Shown piece by piece: positions 1-12,440 of a DNA stretch of 64,000 bases (the first letter of the stretch is position 1; each line of letters opens with the position of its first letter). The notes under the pieces were generated by a model, which was not told the DNA's origin, made no database searches, and saw only the letters and a list, made by a program, of their open reading frames with translations. Made by a program: the position numbers and the translations under genes. Source of the stretch: Iphione sp. A-MEVVRFRX5. Its lineage: Eukaryota. The stretch lies in NCBI GenBank assembly GCA_976226885.1, contig OZ320313.1, positions 58,032,001-58,096,000 of the forward strand, read 5' to 3'.

Positions 1-815
1 ACAAATAACCAAAGACCAGAGACAAGAGATAGTTGTGACAGGACGTAGTGCCCTTCTGTCTCGCTGTTTGTCATGGACGTTGGGTGTGCTCGGACCAAGG
101 CACATATTGACCATGTGTGTTCATCCGCTGTTAAGAGTAGTGTGTTTAAACAAGGCCCATAGCATGGCGAGCCCCAGCTCAGGGTGCAGACACAGGAAGG
201 GCTCCATATAGGCCCGTGCCGGCAGCAGCATCACGATCGCCTCTAGCGGGTATTCAGCTCCCTAATACATCCAGCTGGGTACCAAGCGAGGATAGAGCTT
301 GGTGCCAAGAGCGGAATATTACATTTTGACTCATTCGCATTTGGCAAGACCACAATAAATTATTGCTCTTCCATCTTCCACGCCCATCTCGGAATGAAAC
401 CATGTCTATGCGTATCTCAATGGGCGGGGGCCTTGACCCGAAATCACAAGGAGATTTACAGCGATACTCCGACAGGAAATAGCAGGTAGATCTTCTAGAT
501 AATAGTGGAAATCCAACATCACTTATGCAATAAACCCCAAGGCAACAAGTAGAAACCATACATCGTATACTCTGTAACCGTTTTGAACCATGTAGAATTG
601 TGACGCCGCAAATTATCACCATCCAAGTATTTGTACCAGAAGTGCTTTGTCATAAACACCGTGCGAGACGGTTAGGGAATTTATTAACACCTCCGAGGCT
701 GAACAGACCTTAGCGCCCACCCACCAACTGCAATACTTTCCCATTCGGCCGTCTACCTACCTCGGGCCCTCTTCTCCTCAATGTGTTGTGTATGACAACA
801 GGGGCGAGCTGCTCG

Positions 816-917
816 GCGCCACCTAGCAAGTAGCTCGACACGACTCGACCATAACGAGGCTGTCAGCGCTCGTGCTATCCGCTGGAAGTGGAATATTGTC
901 TTTCCACGAGGGGGCGC
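816..917. promoter_or_regulatory. Divergent pair of CTCF-like motifs
   Basis: CCACGAGGGGGCGC at 904-917 (+) matches the CTCF core CCASYAGRKGGCRS closely. GCTAGGTGGCGC lies on the minus strand at 816-827. Motif match only. Confidence 0.4.
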
Positions 918-2039
918 AGCGAGATAGTGCCAAGTATGAGAGCTGCTTGCTGATTGGATTAGCGGCTGCGAGTGAATACACTCCATCCCCTAAGCTATAT
1001 GTCTATACATACAGGGAGAGAAAGTACCTCCAGAATGGCACTGGGTATTGCACTAACGCCAATCATGTACCCTTTCATACATGGTGTATCCTGCGCAAGA
1101 TGTCTACTAGAACATATAGGAAAGCATACCATATTGCCAGTCCATCAATTCGCACAAGTACATATCAGTCGCCCATGATAAACATGCAGTGATGCCTCAG
1201 TAAGAGGCACGTAGCCAAATGTCACAGTGATTCGCATATCCCAGCGGCGCATGCCACTCATAACGGTGATTCCCATTTCCACGCATTCATAATGAAGCGT
1301 TTTTACTGATTCCAAAGGGAGCAATCCAACTGTGTTAATGTCATTTCCATCTGCTTGGAACGAAATACAGCCGCTTAGGTTTTTCCGGAGCAAATGCACC
1401 AGGGGAATTGAATATTCAGTAATGTTAACACGAGCTTTGTTTCAAGAAAATAGCGAGGGAACTTCGGGGAAAAGAGCAGGCGAACAGTAGAGCACCGATA
1501 AAGTGCATTGGCCATAGTTACACTTAGCTTTCATGCTAATTACCTTCCTTGCTGTCGGGATTTCATTTTTCATCTTAACCTAAGGAATTTAATGGTAGTA
1601 CTGAACAGAACTGCCTGAGCATCAGGGATACTCAGACGACGCATTTGAAAAATATCTTAATTCTCAGTTAACCTACTTATCAAATCATGATGGTGCGACA
1701 AGGGACCGAATGGTGCAGAGTGTGCAGAATTGATATCCTTGTCGTGTTCAGTCTGAATGTAGGGACATAGCTACTACCAGTACCCAGGGTCACCTTACTA
1801 CGGGAATAGATAGCTCAAGACGCCCCGTCTTTACACAGGGCGATAAAAGAGGGCATAGAGATCTACCGGGGAATCACTACAAGATCATGAAAGGTGTTAT
1901 TACTGGAAGCATGAAAGACGGACCGCCGGCTGTGTCAAGAAAAGAAGAACATCAGGACCAAAGAATCTATAGCGAGTACAGCATACGTCAGAGTGCTTTC
2001 GGATTGTGTCGACGCACGACAAGTGACGGTCACACCAAA

Positions 2040-2300
2040 TCAAATGGAATACATACTGTACTAGAAAAGAACATTAAATGAATCAGTAACAGGAGAATTC
2101 TACTATCACTGTATACAAAAACCATTCATTGGATTATATTTCAGCAACGATATTTTTAAACAACTATAGGCCTACATGCATCCTACGGACATCAAAAGAC
2201 TGAAAACTCTCTTTGACCAAGTGTCTGCATTTTACCCCTGTGATTATAACAGGGAACCTTTGTATTGATATTAAAAATGTGCGTGCAGCCCATAATTTAC
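2040..2300 (+). mobile_element. Degenerate non-LTR retrotransposon APE-endonuclease fragment
   Basis: Broken frames give GIHTVLEKNIK...IHWIIF...FLNNYRPT...VIITGNLCIDI, in the order expected for the GGVAIY / IWI / YRPP / GDFNID motifs of LINE endonucleases. Stops and frameshifts are present. Confidence 0.6.
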
Positions 2301-2837
2301 TTCAGACAACGATGTTCAATGGTTCTTTTTTTCCAAATCCCGGCCGCCTTTGGGAAGTGTTTTTGGCTGTTCCCATAGAAATATGTGAACGTGCATTATA
2401 TGAAGCTTTTGTCATTTGAAAATGTTGCCAATTAATAATAGTTGAAGTTAGATATGGTGTGTAAATGCCTACAACACCCCACAAACTATTGATTTCATTA
2501 TTATACAGTGTACCAGACCTAAAAACACGAGTAACATACCATCTGAAGCCTCCACGAAATTCTCAGGAGGTGCATTTCCATCGCGTATACTGCAGACTAC
2601 TTTTCGCATGAAGAGTCCCATTTCATATACTACTCGCCCCCGACGAATAAGAGAAGACTCAAACCGGCGTCGAGCTGGGGGGATTATTTTATTTTACATA
2701 AATATGTGATATCATTTCGTTCAGACGGTGGCTATTCGCTCCGTTGTGTATAATATTACAGGTTATGCCCATATCTCCCACCATTGGACCATTGTCCTTC
2801 TGCAGACTCTTTACCCCTCCCAGTCGCACCTCTCAGG

Positions 2838-2992
2838 TGTCCCTATGGAGGCACTCCACCCCTTTAGCCTGTCCCTATTAGAGACTTTCCCTTAAACATG
2901 ATTATGTGAGAAATATTTTGGTTCTGGCCCAAACTGTCCCTATTAGAGGCATGTCCCTATTAGAGACGTGCCCCTATGAAGGCTCTCCACTG
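2838..2992. mobile_element. Truncated Tc1/mariner(pogo)-type MITE, right end only
   Basis: Ends in ...CTCTCCACTG followed by TA. TGTCCCTATTAGAG subterminal repeats occur three times, plus a variant. No matching left end was found. Confidence 0.5.
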
Positions 2993-5900
2993 TATAAATA
3001 ACGGAATAGTCCACTAGACAGTTAAAGGCTCAGTTCAATTTCGTGTTGTGTTCAGATGGGCAGAGAATATTCCCAGAATGACGTCAGATAACTAGCACTC
3101 GATTTCAAACTAAACAGACTTTGGTCTTTTGAAGAAAACACTGTCAAGTACTGAGCTTTAAGTCAGAACCAACGATAAATAAGTTCGGGTCGCCTGTCTC
3201 TGGCTAGTGTATGACAATGGTCAGCCCGACTACTGCCCGTGTGTCCCGCCGCCACCTTCTATCACCCCTCCAGGCTACCATGCCATTCCATACCAAGCTC
3301 GGCCTGCATACTATCCCCTCTGACCCGGCCGGGTTAGACAGGGGTCAGCCAGGGGTCAGACTGTCATCACCATGACAACAAGCTCCCTCCTGCGGCCAAC
3401 TTTGGTCGTCGCTGGCTCCCTTAGGGCAGATCGCGACGTTAATCCGTGTTGTCTGGATCAAAGTACTGGGATCAGCGGGGCCGCCGGCTTGGATCAAGGC
3501 CAACAGCGCCAAAAAAATTACGGGCTCCGAAGGATAAATTTGAAGTGTGGAACGGTTGAGGAAGGGTTTCCGAAAATGTGAAGAATTGGGATTTAGCTCA
3601 AGGAGAGCATAAAAACTATAGGGGTCATTACCTCATGGTGCGGGGTAAAATTACAGATCCTGTGTACGAAAAAAAACTTTTGTTAATTGAGTGAAAATAT
3701 GTCTCGAGATCACGATTCATATTTCAGACCATGTTGTATAAGACATCTAGCATTTGCTGAATTAAACAATTGATATAAAGAAATGAAACTGAACCTTCAT
3801 GCATCCTTAAAAGATTTCTTCCGTGAACGTTGCTCATTCAGTAAAATGTTTTTTTCTCCTACATTAAGTAGATATAGTTACACAAAACACCATTCCTAGC
3901 AACTATAAGAGACTAGCAATACTGTAGTTGTAGCAAACAAACATTTATATCAAAATATATTGTGGAAAGAATTACACATACAATGAAAATTTCTGGAAAA
4001 GGGTACCCATGACAGGATGAATGGTGTGATTGAAAATGGGCTGGAAATCAGTTCTGCCTACTCTGCTAGAAGTACTGTAGGTCATTTCCTCCATAAATGA
4101 TGGCCCATCGATAAGAATTCATTTCTTGACAGTAATTTGGCTGCGTCGACACCATAAGTGGGTGGTTCTGCCAGCGGCACTGTGAGTTGGTATCACAAGA
4201 CGGCGTGGCTCGTAGGTGTAACCTACTTTTGGTTGGTAATGCTGAGTCAGTTGCTCCCACCCCGAGACCACTGCCAAGCCCAGAAAACAGCCGCTTGAGC
4301 CTTCCCTTGCAAGCACCAGTAGTATTCAAGCAGCCTCATTGGCCTTAGTTTGCTTCAGGTTACTGCCTGCGCTGAACGGTAGTTACGTGAGTCAGCGTGC
4401 ACAGCAACGTATAATGACGGGTCTCTCACATTAGTCAGACCAAGGCGTCTACTTACTCGACGACACGCACAGTACCAAACCATCCACTTGGATCTGCCTC
4501 TCCTCGATTCCCAGCGCCATGTTCACCTTCCCAACCCTGTGCCATGTGGTCGTTTACAACACATGTTGGCCCCCATGCCCGACTCCCGTCGGCGACAGAG
4601 GCGCACCGCCCGACCTCTGGGAATGGAGTACCCGAACGTTCGGGAAGAAGAGAGAAGGCAGACTGAGGAAGGGGTCATGTGTTTGGTACACCACTAATCG
4701 AGTTGCGTGTCCGAGTTAGGCATACAGTCACGTGACGTGGGGTGTAGGTATACACGGCAGACAAAGGAGCAACCGCCTCAAGAGGCTTACGGTCAAGAGT
4801 CTCAGCTTCATTGTAAAGTAGAGCTCGATGAGACTGTCCGTTATACATTTCCCTCGGTGTCTGGGGTAAATGTACGTGTCTTTACTTTGAGATATTTTTA
4901 CAAAACAATATCGGTTTGGTGACCGTTAGATGATATTGTTATACACTTACATGTGCGTTACAAATGTTCGATGTCGAATAGCTGCCAAGTAAAAGTTACT
5001 ACAGTAGTAGTTAATAAATGAAACATTGAACAACTCGGAACCCTCACTGAAGTATGCATTACCGTCCACTGTCCGGAATGTTAAAAGAACAACTGGTATC
5101 TTATGGGGCCCAACTTTTAGTTTAGTTCTTTAAAGTCCAACGGAAGGAATCGTTGATAGTTGATTCTGGAAATGTACATTATATTTGGTCAATGTTTATG
5201 TAAAGATTTATAATTTTAGTATATGTACACATGCCCATTTTATGACTGGATGGACTACTCTCTACAACAAGTGGACTACTGAGATAAATACTTGGTTAAA
5301 TGACATTTACTAGTCTTTCTTAGGAAAAAGTATTCGTAGTCTAAAATTACCCGGAGCTACACTTCGAAAGTTCGTCATTCAATTCAAAGATAAAACCCTA
5401 GGCCGAAGAAAAATACATTTGCCATTACGTGCTGGTATGAAGATAGATTACGGAACAGGATGGCATTATAGCAGACAAAGTTTTTAACGAAAAAGTATAC
5501 TATCGCTGCTGTTTCACTGGATGAAATTTACACGACTAGACGGTATTTGACAAAGAACTTTTGCCAAAGCTAGGCATCAACGAACATATCAGACTAACTT
5601 AACGTTTTAAACCCATGTCTAATCTATCAGATTTAGTCGCAAAGGCTGATAATCTATAAGTCGAACTACATCCAAAAACAAGGCAAAGGGAAGGAGGAAA
5701 GGTAGACACACTGAGCGTTGACTCAGTACAGAAATAAGAGAGCAGACAAGGTAGCTGCAGGCGGAGGTCGAGCAACATTTATTTGAGGTTGGTGTAATTA
5801 TAGGAGAGCCTGACCCCGGTGTTTTCATCGGGTTCGCCGTCCTCAAGGCCCTTCGGCTTGGTTGCCCGAGGGGAAGCGGAGCCCTTTACAAAATGTTTGT

Positions 5901-6310
5901 TAATCCAGCGTTTCCATCTAGACAAATTCTGCCCAGGACATTGGAGTAATTGCTCATACGAAATGCCACCCGGAGGCTTTCTTGTCGTTGCTGTACAGTT
6001 CAGCCATTGTTAAAGGAAAGTACTTAGACGTCATTTTCCTTGGCCGTGCCACTAAACTTCAGATGTTTGAAGTGTTGAAGACGGACTTCTAAATGCCTTT
6101 GTAGTCTTGTGCCACTATCTGTGCCTCTTTTCGAGCAGCTTCTGGTCGATAGAGCCAAACTAAAAGCTTGCCTCTAGCAGATTTTTGACTCATAAAGGGA
6201 TACATTCATGGCATATTGCCACTGTTGAACTGAAGAGGGCCGAGGTGGGGACTCGGATTCTTGTATACGTCTCAATTTTACTCTGTATTTATTGGCAGGT
6301 TCGATATGAT

Positions 6311-6564
6311 AATATCATTTAGAACCTGTATTATGCACAGCCATTTACCTACACACAGATAACGTAAATATACATTACTTTGAACTGAGGAAATCACGAC
6401 CAACAATAAGTTTTGTATTAAGGGACACAATTGTACAAACGGGGACAAAACCTAATGTGGGAAGCCCTGTGCATGCTTGTCCACTATACATATACGCATC
6501 CTTAATAAGGCAGGGCGGACAACCACAGTGGAGGAAGTATGAGGCCTTGTTGTCATACCTCTCT
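6311..6564. repeat. 254-bp direct repeat, copy 1 (putative long target-site duplication)
   Basis: Ungapped hand alignment to 7405-7658 shows 18 mismatches in 254 bp (about 93% identity), 15 of them transitions. Confidence 0.95.
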
Positions 6565-7404
6565 CGCTGCGTGCAAAGGCCCAACACAGTTTGGACAATG
6601 TCAAGAACTGGTGCTCAGACAATGGGTTAATAATTAATAAGAGTAAAACAAAATATATGGGCTTTGGGAAGGATTGTAATTTAAATTTGGACTTGAGATT
6701 AGATGGTGAGATTCTAGAAATGGTGAGCCAATTTAATTTTCTGGGGGTAATGATTGACCGAAGGTTGTCCTTCAATACTATGGCTGCTCAGAAAGTGAAG
6801 AAAATAAATTTCTTAATCTTTTTGTTAGGTAGAGCATGCAAATTTCTCCCATAGAATGTCATGAAGCAATGGTATTATGGGCATGCAGACAAGAATGGAA
6901 TACTGCCAACTACTTCTGATCAATGACATGTATTGCTGTAAATTCTTGCAAACCACTAAGCAACAAGTAACAAGGTCTGGTTCTAGACCAACTATCAGAC
7001 TGATGAAGCCATCGACTATTCAGTACTCCAACAGTTTTGTTTACAATGGCTCATGCAGATGGAATAAACTGCCAGCTCCTGTGGTTAATTTGGAAAGATG
7101 TATGTTCAAAAATAACATCAAAAAACTGTTGTAATTTTTTGTGTTCCAACCTATGTTAACCAGTTAATGTACAATTTAGGTATGATCGTAAGAACCGCCA
7201 TAATACTACATCGCTTAATGATATGGTATACTATGTGTGTATGTAATGGCTTCTATTAACATGGGATAAAATGATGTAGAAGACTACATTGATAGATTTA
7301 AGTTTGTTATTACCGGATCCTAGTATCTGGTTGAGTTTCATTTGTAAATCAACCCACTGTGAGTTGACACTGTGAACTCAATAAACAAGTTCGATTTCAA
7401 TTTC
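6565..7404 (+). mobile_element. 5'-truncated LINE (CR1/L2/Crack group): RT C-terminal region, 3' UTR and tail
   Basis: Encodes LRAKAQHSLDNVKNWCSDNGLIINKSKTK...FNFLGVMIDRRLSF and SFVYNGSCRWNKLP, homologous to the RT at 10667-11881. Ends in AATAAACAAGTTCGATTTCAATTTCAAT (poly(A) signal plus short-repeat tail). Internal stop and frameshift present. Confidence 0.9.
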
Positions 7405-7658
7405 AATATCATTTAGAACCCGTATTATGCACAGCCATTTACCTACACACAGATAACGTAAATATACATCACTTTGAACTGAGGAAATCATAACCAACGA
7501 TGAGTTTTGTATTAAGGGACACAAATGTACAAACGGCAACGAAACCTAACGTGGGAAGCCCTGTGCATGCTTGTTCACTATACATATACGTATCCTTAAT
7601 AAGGCAGGGTGGGCAACCGCAGTGGAGGAAGTATGATGCCTTGTTGTCGTACCTCTCT
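7405..7658. repeat. 254-bp direct repeat, copy 2
   Basis: Starts immediately after the LINE tail and aligns to 6311-6564 without indels. Confidence 0.95.
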
Positions 7659-10345
7659 GCCTCAAGAACACCACATACACTTTTACCGAGGTTGCCAGAA
7701 TGGTTTCTTGGTTCTACCAAGTACAATAATCAAATTTCATGAAATGTTTGATTCATCGAGAATCTGCTGGAACATGAGCCCGCTTGGCGATGGGCCTGCA
7801 ACAATGCGACGTATCCGCTGACCTCCGCAGACGACAATTTAGTTAGAAACGCTGCTGTAGCTTTATTGGGTGAAGTCCACGTGACCCGACTACGGGATCG
7901 CGTCTCCTTTGCCGGCCACAATATGGTGGCCTTCCGGCGGTAAGGAATAGTCAACCGGCAAAGGTGTTGAAAGAGAGGTAAATGGTTAAAAGGGCAAAGG
8001 GGTTATACCGAGTACCTTTCGGCTGGAATTAATTATCCACGAAGTAAGGGTTTCATGGTTGCTAATTCGAAAAATCAAAATTTGATATCCTATCCTGTTT
8101 TCGAAGAGTCTAGTGATCCGCACTATATGGCGAATAGGTCCTGGTCCTATGCATAACTTCTAAAACTACACAAACATTTTCGGCAAAAACGAAGCATTTT
8201 CTCGTTACCCGAAAGCTTTACCTAGTCATACACAAATCGGCACACGCAAAGCTGCATGGGAAAAAGTGCACCCATGTTCTGGTTGCCATGGACACAGACT
8301 TCTGACGGACAGCATGGGAGAGTTGCGGATGCCACCTGGCGAAGGCGATGTTAAATAAATTTGCAGGGATAGACTGTGCTGGGAGAATGACGCCGAAGGA
8401 TCTCTGTCGAGGAGACTGACTGATCTCCCTGCTGGGAGGAGAGCGTGGGATAGTGTCATGTGATCAGGAGCAGTATTTCGATCGTTGGCGTGGGTACCTG
8501 TGATTATCTCCTGATTACATTAATCACAATCGATCACATTTCCATGTCCTGCCGACCAGCGTACACTCTGTACATTTAGAGATGGCATCCTTGTGTGGGA
8601 GGCACCGGGTTTCAAGAGGTTAGAGCCAGCCAGACTTCTCGCGATACGTGCAAAGGTAAAACCCTCCCCAGTGACCGAACGTGAACTTGCAATTGCATGT
8701 TCGGTTCAGCAAGGGTGTGGATAGAATTCGGCAGTAGTACGATCTCGTCCGAGCTAGATTTCCCACCTGAGCTCACCTGTAAACACCTGAGAGCACTGGT
8801 GATTCTACTGTTTCTCCTAAAAACAGGAGCGTGTTTGCTCACTTGGGATCAGCCGCGGCATTGGCTAGTGTATTCTTCGTAGACAACTCTGAATGCATGC
8901 TTTCCTTACATATTACTACCGGTTGTACTCTAGCTGTTGTATATACCATCGTTTTAGAAATTACAAAATATCATACGCATGTATGGTAGAACTGAAAGGA
9001 ACTTCAATTTTGCGGAATTCTGTTGCATATTTCCATTTGCCTCCGTACAAAAGTAACTTTTACTCAAAGTACCTCTGTAAATCAATCGACGTAGGAAAAC
9101 ACTTTTCTCTTTGCTTCAGTACAGAGATGTCATTGATGAAATAATAAAGGCGCTCTTGTCCCCGAGCTGCACTAGTTCAATCAGCACTGGCACAAGCTTG
9201 TCTCCGACCAAACCCTGGAGGGTGACGTTACTGGTAGCGGTCCCCTAGCAGCAGTAAGACTTCTCAAGGATCAATCAGTCGATGGTGCATGAAATTGGGA
9301 TGACAGTTTTGGGGCATGCCCAGCCAAACCATCTTGACCCCATGAGAGACTTTCCGCGGTGAACCCTTTCCAACACTTTCACTGCTTCGGCGAACTACAC
9401 CGCCTCGATCTTCGCCCCCGTCGCATGTCACCCAAATATTATCAACCTGTTCCAATATCATTCCTGTAGTGGTAATCCGTGAAGAAATCTATCCATGCCA
9501 GCGGTATCGTGATAACCTCTGACAGGAGCGATTCTCATGCCTGTGCATAGGCTGAGGCTTCCATGTACCGGGTACAGGCACAGGTTGGGCCCCCTTCGTC
9601 GTTTAGCGGTCGTTAATCGACTGGACGCTGGGTATGATCGCTACATCTCTACTGGGGATGACCTCGGAGGACCCATGGACCTGTCGAGCTTGTTGTCAGG
9701 CCCGGTCATCACACGACCGGGCCGCTGGGTAAGAGAAGAGGTGATTAGAGAGATACAGGTCCGAGTGGGCGTCTTGGATGGAGAGACGGGGAAGGACTCT
9801 GAAGGTAAGGAGGATAAAGAAGGGATATGAGACGGGAAAATCCGGTTTAGCGCAAGGGACGGCAGCGCTGCAACCGTGGCTGTTTGGAAACACGGGGGAA
9901 CTGCAGCACTCAGAGGGGATACTTTATTTGGCGTAACCTTCTTGGCTTGCCATATCAACAAGTCAGGGATATATCAGCACTGCACCAGGAGCTACATGAA
10001 AAGTTAATGAAAATATAAGAAGATAAAATGGACCATTAAATGGGACACGTCGCTTCGGGCAGTCGAGATCATTCATCGAAAAGGAAGCTAGTGTTTTTTT
10101 CGTTTACCAATAAATCTAAGCACAAGGGGACCTGGGATATTTGAAAGGAGTGATGCGCAATATGGTAAACCTCTTAAGCCGTAATTTCACCGTGTGTGGA
10201 TAGTCTCTCAGTGTTTCCTTGTTCTGAATACCTTTGATTTTGGCATATTCCAGTCAAAAGAAATAAGGTCTCTTTACCGTTGTTGGGCATGCCATGTTAA
10301 ATTCGTATTGTCTTTTCGGTGATAAACAGAGAAAGATTCACGTAC

Positions 10346-10383
10346 CTGAGAATCGTACCGGTCCTCTCTATCCGAAGCAGCTC
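10346..10383 (-). CDS. Candidate 38-bp micro-exon of an unidentified gene
   Basis: Acceptor TTTCTTACTTATTATCTTTGCAG and donor CAG|GTACGT, with two open frames. Splice-site evidence only. Confidence 0.2.
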
Positions 10384-10500
10384 CTGCAAAGATAATAAGT
10401 AAGAAATCAGAGGCGAAATGGCTGAGGCTGTCTTGACAGAACTGTCAACAACTTGCATTCGAAACTACAGCAAAGATAATAGATGAGGGAAGTTCAGTAT

Positions 10501-11881
10501 TTCAAGTAAAGTCAAGTGAAAGCCTTTTATTCACATTTCACAGTTACATCAGGTGTTACGTAGAACTCTTCCTGTGAACATTGAAATCTGCCCCAAATGG
10601 GGGTGAAAGAGGAGTGGCTAATGTTGATAGTAGACTAAAAGATACAGGGTCTGTCGTACTGTTCAATTATTTCTGAGCTGTCTTCAACTTAATTCTGCCA
10701 ACTTTATTACTCTCTTTGACACCCTCTGGTAGCTCATTCCATAGACTACCACCTCTGTAGATGAAGCTAGACTGATACAGGCTTGTTTTTGGTCTACCCA
10801 AGACCACCCTCCTCATGTTCCCTTGCCTAGTTGCTAATCCTGAGGTCTTCATTGCTATAATTCCCTCTCTCTGTAGCCGATGTACGAGTCTTACTAGTTG
10901 GTCACTCTTCGTGTCATGGAGACTATCTAGGTTGTACTTCCTCCTTAACGATAGGGCACTTCTTTGTGATCTGAGTGTACCTAGCACCATCCACTTGAGC
11001 TGCCTGTTATATTCTGACTGGAGTCCATCCACTAATTGTTTGCTCTCATATAACATAAATGGCATCCCATAATCAAACAGTGTTTGGATAAAGACCTTGA
11101 ACATTCTGACTCTCTCAGGGACTGACAAGTATTTCACTAGTTTTGATAGGGCATAGTCCCACTGTCTTACCTTCCTCCTAACCTGATTTGCCATAGTATT
11201 CCACGATAGATCCACATCAATGTCGTAGCCCAAGAGTTTTACTGACTCCTTCTTTGCTATGGTCTCACCTTCCAGGCTTAAGTCAAGATTTAGTGGTCGT
11301 GCCTTACCAGAATTGATATAGCAGGTTTTGGTTACATTCAGGAACAGTCCATTTTGTTTGCACCACTGCACAACATCATTGACTCCTCTTTGCAATTTCA
11401 GCCTCAAAGCAAGGCCATTTGAAGCACTGCAAAATACTGTGGTATCATCAGCATAGATCACAGATTTGGTGATCACTAAGGCCCTCAGTAAGCTGTTCAT
11501 AACCACTGAGCACAATAAAGGTCCCATTAGGGATCCTTGTGATACTCCTTGCCTGACAACTAGTTGTTTTGAGTTTCTGACATTACATGAGACATACTGT
11601 CTCCTCTCATGCAGATACGACTTCAGCCATGCTAGTGTGCGTGTTCCCATACCTGCCTCAGCCATCCTCACCATTATTACCTGGTGGTTTATTGCATAGG
11701 AGGCTGAGGTAAGATCAAATAGTATGGCCACTATGTATTTTGACTCATTCTGTGCTCGATAGATGAAGTTTAGGAAGTCAGCCATGGCAGTTGAAGAACC
11801 TCTTCCTGGACGATACCCATATTGGGCTTTGTCATAATAGTCGGCTGATTCAAGATATTCAGATATTTGGGATAACGTCAT
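10501..11881 (-). mobile_element. 5'-truncated LINE (CR1/L2/Crack group) with 3' UTR
   Basis: Contains the RT ORF. Downstream on the minus strand is GTGAAATGTGAATAAAAGGCTTTCACTTGACTTTACTTGAA (AATAAA plus ACTTG-type tail). No endonuclease or ORF1 upstream; no TSD seen. Confidence 0.9.
10667..11881 (-). CDS. Non-LTR retrotransposon reverse transcriptase (ORF2, N-terminally truncated, 404 aa)
   Basis: QYGYRPGRGS, ILFDLTSASY (DLSKAFD-like), GVSQGSLMGP, IYADDT, WCKQNGLFLNVTKT, VKLLGYDID and SFIYRGGSLWNELP occur in canonical order with no internal stop. Confidence 0.95.
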   Translation of the reverse strand: MTLSQISEYLESADYYDKAQYGYRPGRGSSTAMADFLNFIYRAQNESKYIVAILFDLTSASYAINHQVIMVRMAEAGMGTRTLAWLKSYLHERRQYVSCNVRNSKQLVVRQGVSQGSLMGPLLCSVVMNSLLRALVITKSVIYADDTTVFCSASNGLALRLKLQRGVNDVVQWCKQNGLFLNVTKTCYINSGKARPLNLDLSLEGETIAKKESVKLLGYDIDVDLSWNTMANQVRRKVRQWDYALSKLVKYLSVPERVRMFKVFIQTLFDYGMPFMLYESKQLVDGLQSEYNRQLKWMVLGTLRSQRSALSLRRKYNLDSLHDTKSDQLVRLVHRLQREGIIAMKTSGLATRQGNMRRVVLGRPKTSLYQSSFIYRGGSLWNELPEGVKESNKVGRIKLKTAQK

Positions 11882-12257
11882 GTGCTGAGTGGAAGATATC
11901 TAAGCAATAAATACCTGAAGGAGAGACCAAGGCCGTTTCACGACTGTCCCCGTAATACCAGGAATGCACCGGCAATAACAGTTCGCATCAGTCATATAAG
12001 GAATATTCTTCGTTGCAACAGGCATCACCACTGTTTCATCCAAACATAAATCTGGTTTCCATTATTCAGTAATTCTTCGTACATTCTCTAAGTTTGTAAC
12101 AAATGATATATACTCATTTTACGATGATACATCTCAGACAGGATGGTGTGAGTCAGTTGTAAAGTAAGCAATGCCATGAGGTGGCAACGGAGCACTTCCT
12201 CAAGGATAAGCTTCATTATGCAAGGGAAATGGGGGCAACGCATGTTTCTAAGTACCC

Positions 12258-12440
12258 TTCCTAAATGCGCAGAGTAAATAATTTTAATATACATAAATAC
12301 CAGCTGTCCACTGCAGGATATATTTTGTCTTCATGACATATGCATTCAAGTTATCCACAAGGACATAATGGTCTACACTACAATCGCAGAGAATTTCACG
12401 GAACCGCGAAAGGAGGTATTGGTTTGTACATAAGGGTCCG
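12258..12440 (+). mobile_element. Degenerate LINE endonuclease N-terminal fragment
   Basis: FLNAQSK, QDIFCLHD and NRREFHGTAKGGIGLYIR across frameshifts resemble LNARSL / DIICLTE / R..GGGVAIYVR. Confidence 0.55.

Noticed and set aside
6375-7742. Near-identical short ORFs at 6375-6587 and 7469-7726
   Set aside because: They are the two copies of the 254-bp duplication; no independent coding evidence.
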